This document shows, piece by piece, positions 28,565 through 38,911 of a DNA stretch of 64,000 nt. Source of the stretch: Candidatus Dojkabacteria bacterium (GTDB lineage: Bacteria > Patescibacteriota > Dojkabacteria > B142 > OLB20); NCBI GenBank assembly GCA_046753765.1, contig JBHHUN010000003.1:21001-85000 (forward strand), in the 5' to 3' direction. The notes beneath the pieces are model-generated. The model searched no databases. It saw only the letters and a program-made list of their open reading frames with translations, and had not been told where the DNA came from. The position numbers and the translations under genes were made by a program. Positions within the stretch are counted from its first letter, which is position 1, and each line of letters begins with the position of its first letter.

Positions 28565-28771
28565 ATGAATCATAGCAAGAAAAAAACAGAATCCGACGGT
28601 TATAAACTCGATCAGGTTATTTTGGGGGTTGCGGTTGGAGTTCTTGTCGCTTCAATGATAATAAGTGTTATCACTTTCTACTCCGTAAAAGAGATAAACG
28701 AGACTACCAGGGATACGCTGCAGCTTGTGCAGGAGAAAATCATTGAACTTGAAGATGTAAACACAAAGTAA
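28565..28771 (+). CDS. Small single-pass membrane protein
   Basis: 68 aa with one TM helix (VILGVAVGVLVASMIISVITFY) and a coiled C-terminus. Confidence 0.35.
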   Translation: MNHSKKKTESDGYKLDQVILGVAVGVLVASMIISVITFYSVKEINETTRDTLQLVQEKIIELEDVNTK

Positions 28772-28788
28772 ATTTTATTGCAGCAGAG

Positions 28789-29487
28789 ATGGCAAAACCA
28801 CGGGTTGAATTTGAACCAAGTACAAAAAGTCTGGCACTGGGTATTGTGATTGGGGTTACGATCACAGCAGTAGTTGTCAGTATTCAGTCGTTCCTTGGAT
28901 ATACAGATTTCAATCAGCAGCTCAGATACACAATAGATTCCCTAAAAAATAGGGTTGTCACTGAAAATTCAGCCGAGATAATCCAAGAGAACGATTTTGA
29001 ATACCCCCTACTGGAAGATATCACAGCGGTTGACACCTCCGACTGGAATACTTATATAAACGATGAATTTGGCTTCAGCTTCTCCTATCCTGACAACTGG
29101 GAAATTGATACTAACGGGACAAAAGATTGTACAAAGGCAGGTGTAAGGAGGGATTGTTTTGGGGTTGCTGTCTTTCAGACCGATCCTGTGGAAGGGGATT
29201 CAAAATCTATTCTAATTTCAACAAGTGACGAACTTAAGAAGCTACAAGATGTTGGTACATTCTCAACTGTAATGAATCTTTCGGGCAGCGAGAAGATCTT
29301 TCAGCAATACAGAAAATCCAGCTGTTTTGTAGATCACGGAAAGAAAAAGCACTGCACTAAAGATGCTGATGGATACTTGCAATTTACTTACACCGGCTTC
29401 ACAACAAATGGGAAGAAGTTGCATATCTACGTATACGGTAATCCTGACTTGAATCTGGCAGCCATACTGGATAACTTTCAGTTTTAA
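28789..29487 (+). CDS. Hypothetical membrane-anchored protein
   Basis: 232 aa with an N-terminal TM helix (LALGIVIGVTITAVVVSIQSFLGY) and an extracytoplasmic domain with no known motif. Confidence 0.45.
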   Translation: MAKPRVEFEPSTKSLALGIVIGVTITAVVVSIQSFLGYTDFNQQLRYTIDSLKNRVVTENSAEIIQENDFEYPLLEDITAVDTSDWNTYINDEFGFSFSYPDNWEIDTNGTKDCTKAGVRRDCFGVAVFQTDPVEGDSKSILISTSDELKKLQDVGTFSTVMNLSGSEKIFQQYRKSSCFVDHGKKKHCTKDADGYLQFTYTGFTTNGKKLHIYVYGNPDLNLAAILDNFQF

Positions 29488-31605
29488 ATGACCGCAAAGA
29501 GAAACTTTTTACATCCTGGGAGCATCGCCATAGTTGGCGCTTCCCGCGACCCCAGTAAGATTGGAAGTGTTGTCCTGGATAACATCATCAAGTCGGGTTA
29601 CAAGGGACACCTCTACCCAGTTAATCCCAACGCTAGAGTAATCAGAAAGCTCAAAGTACACAAGTCTGTTCTTGATATTCCAGGCAAAGTAGATATGGCT
29701 ATCGTGATTATCCCGGCGAAATACGTCGCTGAGGTTGTGGCAGATTGCGGTGTTAAAGGTATTAAAGACGTTGTTATTATATCTGCAGGTTTTGGTGAGA
29801 CAGGTGAGAAGGGCTACGGGAGAGAGGTAGAACTTATTGAGTTAGCACAGAAATACTCCCTCAATATTCTTGGACCAAACTGCTTGGGATTTATGAACAA
29901 GGGAGCAGATCTTAACGCAACTTTTGCCTACGCATTTTCGCATGAGGGGTCACTTGCATTCGCGTCACAGTCAGGCGCAATGGGGACATCATTCCTTGAT
30001 TGGGCATCGAAAAACAATATTGGTCTGAAGTATTTTGCGTCTATTGGAAATAAGGCAGTGTTGAATGAGAACCATTTTCTAAAGGAGTTTGGAAAAGACA
30101 AAGACGTTTCTACGATACTGTTTTACCTGGAGGATTTTGCAAATGGACGGGAGTTCTATGAGCTTGCAAAAAAGATATCACTAAGAAAACCTATAATTGT
30201 CTTGAAACCGGGTGCCTCCGAAGAGGCCCAGCAGGCAATGGCTTCCCATACCGGTTCAATTGCTCAGGACGACAAAATTATTGATGCTGCTCTTGCAGAG
30301 TCAGGGTGCATCAGGGTGGGGACAATCGAGGAGTTGTTTCAGATCACAAAATTGGTAGCCTGGCAGCCGCTGCCAAAGGGCAACCGAGTCGCTGTCATAA
30401 CTAATGCTGGAGGTGTAGGGATTCAATCTGTTGATGATCTCGAAAACAATGGGCTGCATGTCATCCCCTTTAGTAAGTCACTGCAGAAGAAGCTAAAAAA
30501 GCAGCTCCCAGGTGAGTCGAGTGTTCAGAATCCTGTGGACTTGCTGGGAGACGCTCTGGCAGAAAGATACAAAGAAGCACTTGAGTTAGTAATAAAAGAT
30601 CGCAGTATAGATTCGGTACTGGTTGTTTTGACGCCCCAGATGGTCACACAGTCGCTCGAGACCGCTAAGTTTGTCAACACGATTGCCGACAAAAATAAAA
30701 AAACCGTCATGGCGTCATTTGTCGGCGGTGAGAGCATTAGTGAAGCAGGAGATCTACTAGCAAAAGAACAGATACCTCAATATCATTTTCCTAACGATGC
30801 TGCCCGTGCTTTGGGGCTTCTGCACAGGTGGCGCACAGAGATTAAGCGGATCAAGACAGATAAAGCCAAGATATACAATCCTACACTAGTCAACAACGAT
30901 CTTGCGTGGGGCTCAGACAAAGGCGTAGTGTACCTTATGAGGGCTCAGGAGCTGATTCGGAAGTATAAGATCCCACTACTTGAAAGTGCTATCAGGGAAA
31001 AGCGACAGGACGTGATTAAAGCCGCGAAAAGGGTAAAATACCCACTTGTATTAAAGTTGGTTCATCCCAAGTTGATTCATAAAACAGAGTTTAAGGCTGT
31101 CAGGTTGGGTATCGATAACGAGTTTCAGCTCCAGTCTGAGCTTCGTGAGCTGGACAAACTCGCGCATCAAAACAAACTTAAGGGGTACAGCTTTGAGCTC
31201 CAGCCGTATATTGAAGACAAAATCGAAGTGATTATTGGCATCAAGAAGGACACTGATACTTACAGAAAGTACAAAGACAAAGACTATTTAAAAACTAAGG
31301 GGTTTGGTCATATCCTGCTGTTTGGTTCGGGGGGGATATACACTGAAGTATACAAAGATGTCAGTTTAAGACTGCTTCCAATTAGTAAATTGGATGCCGA
31401 AGAGATGATTTTAGAAACAAAAGTGGGGAAGATTGTGCAGGGAATACGCGGGAAGAGCTATAACTTCTCAGGGATCATCTCGGTTCTTGAGAATCTATCC
31501 AAGCTGGTAAGTGAGAACACTAATATCTCTGCCATCGATATTAACCCCCTTTTTGTGACGAAGCACGATGTTTATGTCGCTGATCTGAAAATGTTTGTAG
31601 GGTAG
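29488..31605 (+). CDS. Acetyl-CoA (acyl-CoA) synthetase, ADP-forming, fused alpha/beta domains
   Basis: 705 aa. N-terminal CoA-binding Rossmann motif (SIAIVGASRDPSKIGSVV), a succinyl-CoA synthetase-like ligase-CoA domain, and a C-terminal ATP-grasp domain. Its ATG follows the upstream stop codon directly. Confidence 0.8.
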   Translation: MTAKRNFLHPGSIAIVGASRDPSKIGSVVLDNIIKSGYKGHLYPVNPNARVIRKLKVHKSVLDIPGKVDMAIVIIPAKYVAEVVADCGVKGIKDVVIISAGFGETGEKGYGREVELIELAQKYSLNILGPNCLGFMNKGADLNATFAYAFSHEGSLAFASQSGAMGTSFLDWASKNNIGLKYFASIGNKAVLNENHFLKEFGKDKDVSTILFYLEDFANGREFYELAKKISLRKPIIVLKPGASEEAQQAMASHTGSIAQDDKIIDAALAESGCIRVGTIEELFQITKLVAWQPLPKGNRVAVITNAGGVGIQSVDDLENNGLHVIPFSKSLQKKLKKQLPGESSVQNPVDLLGDALAERYKEALELVIKDRSIDSVLVVLTPQMVTQSLETAKFVNTIADKNKKTVMASFVGGESISEAGDLLAKEQIPQYHFPNDAARALGLLHRWRTEIKRIKTDKAKIYNPTLVNNDLAWGSDKGVVYLMRAQELIRKYKIPLLESAIREKRQDVIKAAKRVKYPLVLKLVHPKLIHKTEFKAVRLGIDNEFQLQSELRELDKLAHQNKLKGYSFELQPYIEDKIEVIIGIKKDTDTYRKYKDKDYLKTKGFGHILLFGSGGIYTEVYKDVSLRLLPISKLDAEEMILETKVGKIVQGIRGKSYNFSGIISVLENLSKLVSENTNISAIDINPLFVTKHDVYVADLKMFVG

Positions 31606-31621
31606 TTGTTCGCTGCTACGA

Positions 31622-32845
31622 TTAGTTTTTCTTGAGTGTGTAGATTATCTCCTTTAAGCTTGGTTTGCGGTTGTTCATGAGTGCTCCCAGATCAAATAGC
31701 TTAAGCGCAAGGAAGAACGCAATAACCACATACACAAACACGAGCACAATCCCCAGCAACAGTTCGGTGGGGAGTAGGTCTGTCACAGAGTTGCGAATTA
31801 CAAAGATCATTGGTGCTGTAAAGGGAAAGTAGCTCGTAATTTGTGCGATAACGCCGTTTGGATCGCTCAGTAGTATAAGAATAAAGTACATCGGCATGAT
31901 CCCCAGGATGATAAACACTGACGACATGCTTGAGCTTTCTTTGTAGTTTGTTGTAATTGAGCCTACTCCGACCATTATTGCAGCGAAGAAAAGAAATCCC
32001 ATAAATGTGAAGTAGAGATTTATTGGTATTGCACCCAGTGGGATGTTGGAGAGCTCAATGGGTAAAGTGAACAGCTCGTTATTGAAGCCGACTAACAACA
32101 GTATACCCGCTGCACAGACCCAAACAGAAAGTTGAGTTAGAACTGCCCCTGAAAGACCGAAGATTTTTCCGTAGATAAGGGTTTTTGGTTTGATCATTGA
32201 TAGCAGCGTTTCTATCATTCTGTTTTCTTTCTCTTCGGATACGCTTTGCAGCAAAAGTCCCGCCCCAATAAAAACGCTGAGGAAAAAGATTATAATTGAA
32301 ACGATGGGGACAATGAATTTCTCAATCCCAAAAGAAGTTTCAGCACCATCCTTATCGAAAATTATCAACTCCTCTGACAGTTCACCAGAGAGAATCTGCT
32401 GTTGTCTGGGGTTCTCAAGACCCAGTAAACTGCTTTGATAGGCAAGACTTCCACCCAGTGTCGTGAAAGGGGTTGAGCCAAGGAGGCCCTGTTCGGGCGC
32501 GTAAACCTCAAACTTGTTCTCCTCCAGGAGTTCATCAGAATACACGATAACGGCATCAACATCACCCGCCTTGAGGGACTTAATAGACTCTTCCTTGTTT
32601 GTGGCTACATATAATGGCGGAACGATCAGATCGTGGTTTATTATCCCGGCTTTATCAACAACAAGTACACTGTCAATCTCTTCGGAGAGTTCTTCCAGCT
32701 TTCGCTCCCCTTCCGACGAGCTGAATACAGATATCATCATAACAATCACCATAAACACCGGGAGGAAAAGGGTCGTAAACCAGAATGCTGGCTTTTTTAC
32801 TGTGCGGAGATACTCAAATTTTGCAACGAGAAATAGCTTTGACAT
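31622..32845 (-). CDS. ABC-2 type transporter permease
   Basis: 407 aa. N-terminal TM helix, large extracytoplasmic loop, then five TM helices: the ABC-2 permease architecture. Its start overlaps the ATPase stop. Confidence 0.65.
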   Translation of the reverse strand: MSKLFLVAKFEYLRTVKKPAFWFTTLFLPVFMVIVMMISVFSSSEGERKLEELSEEIDSVLVVDKAGIINHDLIVPPLYVATNKEESIKSLKAGDVDAVIVYSDELLEENKFEVYAPEQGLLGSTPFTTLGGSLAYQSSLLGLENPRQQQILSGELSEELIIFDKDGAETSFGIEKFIVPIVSIIIFFLSVFIGAGLLLQSVSEEKENRMIETLLSMIKPKTLIYGKIFGLSGAVLTQLSVWVCAAGILLLVGFNNELFTLPIELSNIPLGAIPINLYFTFMGFLFFAAIMVGVGSITTNYKESSSMSSVFIILGIMPMYFILILLSDPNGVIAQITSYFPFTAPMIFVIRNSVTDLLPTELLLGIVLVFVYVVIAFFLALKLFDLGALMNNRKPSLKEIIYTLKKN

Positions 32846-33747
32846 TATTTATTGTGATTGTGTTTCGAGATTTTAATAAAGATCTCGTTCAGACCTGGAT
32901 AGTCTATCTTGAACTCGAGCAACTTAACATTTTTATCCACAAGGAAATTCAGTATCTCCTGTGGATTCACACCCTTTGCTGGAGTAATCTCGGCGCTTTG
33001 ATTGACGATTCTGGCATCAAAGAGCTTGCTCTCTTGTGGAAATTTACCCGCGAACTGTATATGAATATTATCCTTGCCATAGGATCTTCGTACCTCTTCC
33101 TGTGTGCCGTATACCTGTTCTTCCCCTTCATCGATGATAATCAGGCGGTTTGCCATCTTTTGTGCTTCATCGATTACGTGTGTGCTGTACATGATGGTTG
33201 TACCGGCTCCGTTCAGCTCTTTGAAGATCTCAATGAACAGCTGTCTATTCACTGGATCAAGCCCCTTGAAGGGCTCATCGAGTATAAGTATCTCCGGTCT
33301 GTGAAGAATTGCCATTCCGATCTGAGCTTTCTGCTGCATTCCGGAGCTTAGTTTTGCGATTTTCTGTTCTTTGTGGTCGATTAAGTCGACTCTTTCGAGG
33401 TATTGTTCTGATAACTTTTTAGCCTTCGACTTTGAGATCCCCCTGAGTGTGGCAAAGTAAACAAACAGGTCGATAACCTTTACTCTGGTATAGATGCCTC
33501 TCTCTTCGGGGAGGTAGCCTATGTATTCATTAAGTTTATATGAATACTTCTCACCTTTGATCAACAGTTCACCTTCGTCGGGTTGATAGATATCGAGAAG
33601 GCAACGTATGGTTGTTGTTTTTCCCGAACCGTTGCTTCCAAGAAAAGCAAAAACGTCTCCTTTGTACACGTCAAATGAAAGATCTTTTACAGCGTGTACC
33701 CGTGCAAATGATTTTGAAAGGTTTGATATTGAAAGAATGCTTTTCAA
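32845..33747 (-). CDS. ABC transporter ATP-binding protein
   Basis: Walker A (FLGSNGSGKTT), ABC signature (LSSGMQQK) and Walker B (ILILDEP). Confidence 0.9.
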   Translation of the reverse strand: MKSILSISNLSKSFARVHAVKDLSFDVYKGDVFAFLGSNGSGKTTTIRCLLDIYQPDEGELLIKGEKYSYKLNEYIGYLPEERGIYTRVKVIDLFVYFATLRGISKSKAKKLSEQYLERVDLIDHKEQKIAKLSSGMQQKAQIGMAILHRPEILILDEPFKGLDPVNRQLFIEIFKELNGAGTTIMYSTHVIDEAQKMANRLIIIDEGEEQVYGTQEEVRRSYGKDNIHIQFAGKFPQESKLFDARIVNQSAEITPAKGVNPQEILNFLVDKNVKLLEFKIDYPGLNEIFIKISKHNHNK

Positions 33748-33756
33748 GGTTGGATC

Positions 33757-34638
33757 TTACTGAAACCCATTCATGAGTTCTGAAATATCGTAATGCTTAA
33801 CCTCATCTTTGAGCGCTGTTTGATAGTCTCTGCGGTACTCCAAACGCGAATAATAGGGAATACTCTCCGGATCTTGATATAGAATCCCTGTTGCAACTCC
33901 TGACTCTTCAATTTCACTTATACTGTACGCATAATCCCGGTCGTTCTTGAAGTTTTCGTCTTCTGTTACATCATACACTCTATCTGCCAGCCACTGATGA
34001 TCCTGAAAGTGATTGTAAGTAGGACAGTGTTGAAGTACGTCAAGGTAAGAGAAGCCCTTGTGATTAATTGACGCTCTAATAAGGGAGGTCAACTGGGTAA
34101 TATTCCCTGTAAATCCTCTGGCGATAAAGGATGCATTCATTGACAACACAAGTTTGACGGGATTCATTCTATTTTCAATGACACCGGTTGGAGCGGTGTT
34201 CATTTTTTCGCCAACCCATGTGGTCGGTGTTGCCTGCCCAGTGGTTAAACCGAAATCGCAGTTGTTATGCATTAAGAATGTGATGTTATAGTTGCTGCGT
34301 ACACCGTGGATCAGGTGACTAATCCCCTCATCAAGTGTTCCGCCGTCACCGCCAATCGCAATGACCGGAAGCCCCTGATTTGCAAGCTTAGCTCCAATCG
34401 CAACAGGAATGGCCCTACCGTGCAGTCCTTTGAATACGTAGGCATTGATCTTGTCCGCCATATTGCTGTTGCATCCAACGTCAAAACATAAAAGAACGTC
34501 TTTGGGGCCGATACTTTCAGCTGCAAGCGCTTGTTTAAGTGCACTCCATATGGCGAAATCTCCGCATCCGGGACACCACGTAGGTGTTACTGGTGAGTGA
34601 AAGTCTTTTACAGCTGGCTTCTGTTCCTGTTTTGCCAT
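33757..34638 (-). CDS. 2-oxoacid:ferredoxin oxidoreductase, beta (TPP-binding) subunit
   Basis: 293 aa with the 'WCPGCGDF' motif and a TPP-binding GDG motif (IGGDGG), typical of KorB/OFOR beta subunits. Translationally coupled to the alpha subunit (shared nt 34638). Confidence 0.85.
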   Translation of the reverse strand: MAKQEQKPAVKDFHSPVTPTWCPGCGDFAIWSALKQALAAESIGPKDVLLCFDVGCNSNMADKINAYVFKGLHGRAIPVAIGAKLANQGLPVIAIGGDGGTLDEGISHLIHGVRSNYNITFLMHNNCDFGLTTGQATPTTWVGEKMNTAPTGVIENRMNPVKLVLSMNASFIARGFTGNITQLTSLIRASINHKGFSYLDVLQHCPTYNHFQDHQWLADRVYDVTEDENFKNDRDYAYSISEIEESGVATGILYQDPESIPYYSRLEYRRDYQTALKDEVKHYDISELMNGFQ

Positions 34639-36401
34639 TACTTTTTGCTCATGATGTCAGTTAAGTAGTCTACAATATCTTCAAGGTAGAATGGTCTTGA
34701 ATCGTATTTTGTTAACCTATCTGTGATCTGTACTCCTGTCACTTTCTGGAAAAGACCCGCAAACTGTCCACCATAGTTGTTTTCAATAGCAAGTGTGTGG
34801 CTCGCTTTTTTCATCATCTCGAGTGCCGTATCTGGCTTGATTGGCCAAACATAGCTGTAATGGACAAAAACCATTCTATTATCAGGTGTATTGCCGTCTT
34901 CTAACTCTGCCATTGCGTCCAGAATTACGCCTTTGTTGCTGCCCCAGGAGATAATACAGATAGAGGGATTTTCCTGGTCGCCAAACACCTCTGGGTCAGG
35001 CAATTCAGACAAAATTGTTGAGTATTTGCGCATACGTTTTTCAAACATAGGTTGAATTTCATCTGCAATCTCAGTTGAATAACCTTTTGGTGTGTGTTCA
35101 TCACTGTTACCAACGAAAGTATTAGCGTTGTCGCCTGGTACCCACCTTTGTGAGACCCCGTCGTTTGTGAGCTTATATCTCTCTTCTTTCGCCATAGAAG
35201 ATAGATCTGCGCCGGTAACAAGCTTGCCTCGATCCACTTTGTTGTCAGAAAGTACAAATGAGGGTGTGCAGAAAAAACTCTCTGCAAGATATTTATCAGT
35301 TAGAAATACTACTGGAGTCTGGTACTTCTCTGCCAGGTTGTGTGCTTCTAAGGTCAGCTTAAAGCTCTCTGTTGAGTCTCCTGGAGCAAGAACGATCCTG
35401 GGAAATTCCCCGTGACCGGCATTCACAACTACATCCAGGTCACCTTGGGCAGTCCAAGTTGGGACTCCCGTACCTGGACCAGGTCTTTGACCTACGACAA
35501 CAACAAAGGGCGTCTCAGTCATTCCTGCAAGCGAGAAAGTTTCCTGCATTAGGTCGAATCCGCCTCCACTTGTGCCGCACATGGCTCTTGTGCCATTAAA
35601 GGACGCTCCAACAACCATATTAGCTGCCGTGATCTCATCTTCAGCCTGTTTAACCACCATTCCAAGCTTCGTACCTTCCTTTGCGAGGTAGGTGAGGATG
35701 GCACTTGCCGGTGTCATTGGATAGCTCGAATAAAGCCTGACCCCAGCTGCGATTGCGCCAAGTGCTGTTGATTCATTTCCGCTGATTATCAAGTGATTAT
35801 TGAACTCATCTTTCGGTGTAAATGTTTTTTCGAAGTAGGAGTCGGTATCGCCCAGAGAGTCGTATCCTGCCCTCACCGCATCCCTGTTGATTTTAATCAT
35901 ATCTTCGGTTTTATTGAAAATTCCGGCGACAGTATCCTGAAGTATAGTTATCTCCAACCCAAAGATCTTCCAAATCGCACCAAGGCTCACTGTGTTCTTC
36001 ATAAGAGCGGTACCACCACTTTCTTTTGCAAGCTTAAGCAGTTCTACAGGGATCACCTGTATCTTCTTCTCTTGGAAATGTTTCGCATGCTCTTCATTGA
36101 TTGAAAATGCGCCATCGTCAAATACAATGATTCCCCCATCAGCAAGCTCTTCTCTGTGCAGGCCTATTGATTCCTCATTCAGGACCAGGAGTACATCTAC
36201 AGTCTTTGTTATAGAGTTAATTGCCTTGTCTGAGATCTCAATTTGAAAGACATTATGTCCCCCACGTATTAATGACGGATATTCAGTATATCCGAAGTTA
36301 CAAAACCCTGCCCTTTTCAGTGCTTTTGAAAGCACCAAACCAGAGGTTTTAACCCCCTGGCCTGCCGCTCCTGCTACTTTGATTACGTACCTGCTATTCA
36401 T
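34638..36401 (-). CDS. 2-oxoacid:ferredoxin oxidoreductase, alpha subunit (fused gamma-alpha domains)
   Basis: 587 aa with the POR/KOR N-terminal gamma-like domain and the pyrimidine-binding transketolase-like domain (…GTSGGGFDLMQE…). Confidence 0.85.
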   Translation of the reverse strand: MNSRYVIKVAGAAGQGVKTSGLVLSKALKRAGFCNFGYTEYPSLIRGGHNVFQIEISDKAINSITKTVDVLLVLNEESIGLHREELADGGIIVFDDGAFSINEEHAKHFQEKKIQVIPVELLKLAKESGGTALMKNTVSLGAIWKIFGLEITILQDTVAGIFNKTEDMIKINRDAVRAGYDSLGDTDSYFEKTFTPKDEFNNHLIISGNESTALGAIAAGVRLYSSYPMTPASAILTYLAKEGTKLGMVVKQAEDEITAANMVVGASFNGTRAMCGTSGGGFDLMQETFSLAGMTETPFVVVVGQRPGPGTGVPTWTAQGDLDVVVNAGHGEFPRIVLAPGDSTESFKLTLEAHNLAEKYQTPVVFLTDKYLAESFFCTPSFVLSDNKVDRGKLVTGADLSSMAKEERYKLTNDGVSQRWVPGDNANTFVGNSDEHTPKGYSTEIADEIQPMFEKRMRKYSTILSELPDPEVFGDQENPSICIISWGSNKGVILDAMAELEDGNTPDNRMVFVHYSYVWPIKPDTALEMMKKASHTLAIENNYGGQFAGLFQKVTGVQITDRLTKYDSRPFYLEDIVDYLTDIMSKK

Positions 36402-38838
36402 TCCATATAAGTCTTGATCCGAGTTTGATTATTTCTGTAAGTGCTAGATCCAATACTGCTAGGAATATAATAAGTGCTACCTCGGCAGTATTCAAGGGGA
36501 CAGTCCCAAAAAGTTGTTGGAATGGTTCAGAGTAGATTGACAGCATTAGCAACCCTATCCCGATCAGTAGCGATATGTTCAGTATTTTATTATTAAAGAT
36601 CGGGCGATTCCATATGTTCGAATCGACCGTTTTTGCAGAAAACAGAAACAACAGTGAGCTGAGAGAAACACCAGCATAAATCACAGTTCTTGCAGCGCCA
36701 AGGTCGTAGTGTGCATCTACCATATGTTTATACAATATGAAGTAGATACCATCGATAATAAGACTGATTATTATAATAGCGGTAATAACCTTTTTATCGA
36801 ATATTGAATCTTTTTTTGATCGAGGTCTGTCTTTGAGCAAGTCTTTCTCAGGGGGGTCAAAGCTAAGTGCAAGACTTGGGAGTCCATCTTCGATAATATT
36901 AATCCAGAGCAACTGTAGTGGAAGCAATGGTAGTGGAAGACCTGCAAGCAGACTGGCAAATATTAGAACAGTTTCAGACAGGCTGTCTGCAAACAAGTAC
37001 ACCATAGTCTTTCTAAGGTTTTGGAAGATATTTCGCCCCTGTTCCACTGCGTCGACAACCGTCTGGAAGTTAGAGTCCAAGAGTATCAGATCAGCAACCT
37101 CCTTAGTTACATCTGTTGCAGAATCGACCGATATTCCGATCTCCGCTTTTTTGACTGCAGGAGCGTCATTAACCCCATCCCCCATCATACCAACCTGGTT
37201 GCCTGATCTCTGCAGGCTGAGGACTATATCAAGTTTCTGGTCGGGAGTTGTGCGGTAGAAAAGTTTAGTTTTTGCGACACTCTTGTCGAACCGTGCACTA
37301 CCCTTGAGCTCATGCAGTCCCTTACCAGAGATTATCTCTTCATCTTTAACCTTGAAATTTAGAGTCTGCAATACATTCATACTTGTCTCTTTGAGGTCCC
37401 CTGTAATGACCTTTACCTCAATCCCCGAGTCAATGATCTTGTCCAAGGATTCTTCAGCAGTGCTGCGAACGGGGTCACGTACAAACACCAATCCTAAAAA
37501 TTTCATGTCTTTGAAGTCATCTCTGGTTGCCTCTCTTTTGAGTTTAAATGGCTTGTATGCAACAGCCACCATTCGGTTGCCGAGCTTTGCCCGGTCTGTA
37601 ATCTCTTTTTTCCACTCTCGACCCGTTTTTCTTGAGAATTTGAGTATCTTCTCAGGTGCCCCCACCGCATAAAGGTTTCTGCTGTCTCTTGCTCCGGTGT
37701 ACTTTCGAAGTGAGCTGAAGGGAAAGAACTGCTTTCGTTTGTCTTGGTGTGTTTCCAAATATCCCGGCTTTGTGTTTTTTTGCAGATATTCGATTATGGC
37801 GTCGTCGATGTAGTTGGTTCCATTGTTACTAACGGCAAGAGCCTGATATCCCAGTTTTGAGTCTGTGAAATGCGTGTCAATGACCTGCATATTGCCTAGG
37901 GTAAGCGTCCCTGTTTTGTCGATGCACAGAATGTCCACAGCTCCAAGTGTTTCGGCAGCGGGAAGGTTACGAACGACTGATCCCTTACTCATTATCCGGT
38001 TCATACCAAGTGCAAGAGTAACCGTAAGGGCGATTATTAAACCCTCCGGAATAGTGCTCACTCCCAGGGCAACTGATGTAAGGAAGATTTCTTCAAATTC
38101 AATCCCTCTTGAGAGGCCAAGCAGAAGAATCATGATCGTTATAAACACGACAACAATAGCCAGCGCTTTACCTATCCGTGCCAATTCCATTTTTATCGGT
38201 GTTGGTGGGTCAAATTTTGACTCCAGCGATGCAGCTATCTTTCCGAATTTGGTGTCGTCTCCGGTCTTTTCTACCCTGGCAACTCCATACCCTTCGAGTA
38301 CGCTTGTTCCAGTAAAAACTTGGTAAACATCTCCAACTTCTCCATACTTTTCTTTTCTAAGTGCTTTTTTGTGTACTGGCGAGGACTCTCCGGTGAGAAT
38401 AGCTTCGTTAACAGATATCTCTGATGCCTCCAGTAGAGTGCAGTCAGCAGGAATTTTGAGCCCGGACTCAATCACTATCAGGTCTTGGGCTACAAGATCG
38501 ACTACCGGAACCGACTTGTGTTTCCCATCCCGGATTACCTTAACGGTTTTTGAGACCTTTTTCTGAAGGGCAAAAAGAATATTTTCAGCACGATACTCCT
38601 GGAAAAATCCCAAACCTGCGTTAATCATCACCACCAGTAGAATGAATCCGGCGTCTGTATATTCGACAAGAGCAATAGAGAAAAATGCTGCTATGAGCAA
38701 TACGTATATTAATGGGCTCTTAAATTGATTGAAGAGGATCTGGAAGGCAGTGAGTTTACCGGGTTCAGTTATTGTGTTCGGCCCCATTCGTTCCAGTTTG
38801 GCTGCGGCCAGTTTACTTGTCAGTCCTTCATAGATCAT
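36394..38838 (-). CDS. P-type cation-transporting ATPase (P2-type, Ca2+/Mg2+-like)
   Basis: 814 aa with the phosphorylation motif 'CIDKTGTLT', the TGES-like actuator motif (TGESSPV), the hinge motif 'MMGDGVNDAPAVKKAEIG', and 8-10 TM helices. Confidence 0.9.
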   Translation of the reverse strand: MIYEGLTSKLAAAKLERMGPNTITEPGKLTAFQILFNQFKSPLIYVLLIAAFFSIALVEYTDAGFILLVVMINAGLGFFQEYRAENILFALQKKVSKTVKVIRDGKHKSVPVVDLVAQDLIVIESGLKIPADCTLLEASEISVNEAILTGESSPVHKKALRKEKYGEVGDVYQVFTGTSVLEGYGVARVEKTGDDTKFGKIAASLESKFDPPTPIKMELARIGKALAIVVVFITIMILLLGLSRGIEFEEIFLTSVALGVSTIPEGLIIALTVTLALGMNRIMSKGSVVRNLPAAETLGAVDILCIDKTGTLTLGNMQVIDTHFTDSKLGYQALAVSNNGTNYIDDAIIEYLQKNTKPGYLETHQDKRKQFFPFSSLRKYTGARDSRNLYAVGAPEKILKFSRKTGREWKKEITDRAKLGNRMVAVAYKPFKLKREATRDDFKDMKFLGLVFVRDPVRSTAEESLDKIIDSGIEVKVITGDLKETSMNVLQTLNFKVKDEEIISGKGLHELKGSARFDKSVAKTKLFYRTTPDQKLDIVLSLQRSGNQVGMMGDGVNDAPAVKKAEIGISVDSATDVTKEVADLILLDSNFQTVVDAVEQGRNIFQNLRKTMVYLFADSLSETVLIFASLLAGLPLPLLPLQLLWINIIEDGLPSLALSFDPPEKDLLKDRPRSKKDSIFDKKVITAIIIISLIIDGIYFILYKHMVDAHYDLGAARTVIYAGVSLSSLLFLFSAKTVDSNIWNRPIFNNKILNISLLIGIGLLMLSIYSEPFQQLFGTVPLNTAEVALIIFLAVLDLALTEIIKLGSRLIWNE

Positions 38839-38911
38839 AGATTCTTACGCATTTACGAGTATTGTACTTACTTCATAATAGAGATATATTGAATGTAATT
38901 AAAGACATATT

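Noticed and set aside
31606-31621. Possible terminator between the convergent acs and ABC permease genes
   Set aside because: Only a 4-bp GTAG…CTAC inverted repeat in a 16-nt gap. That is too weak to call.
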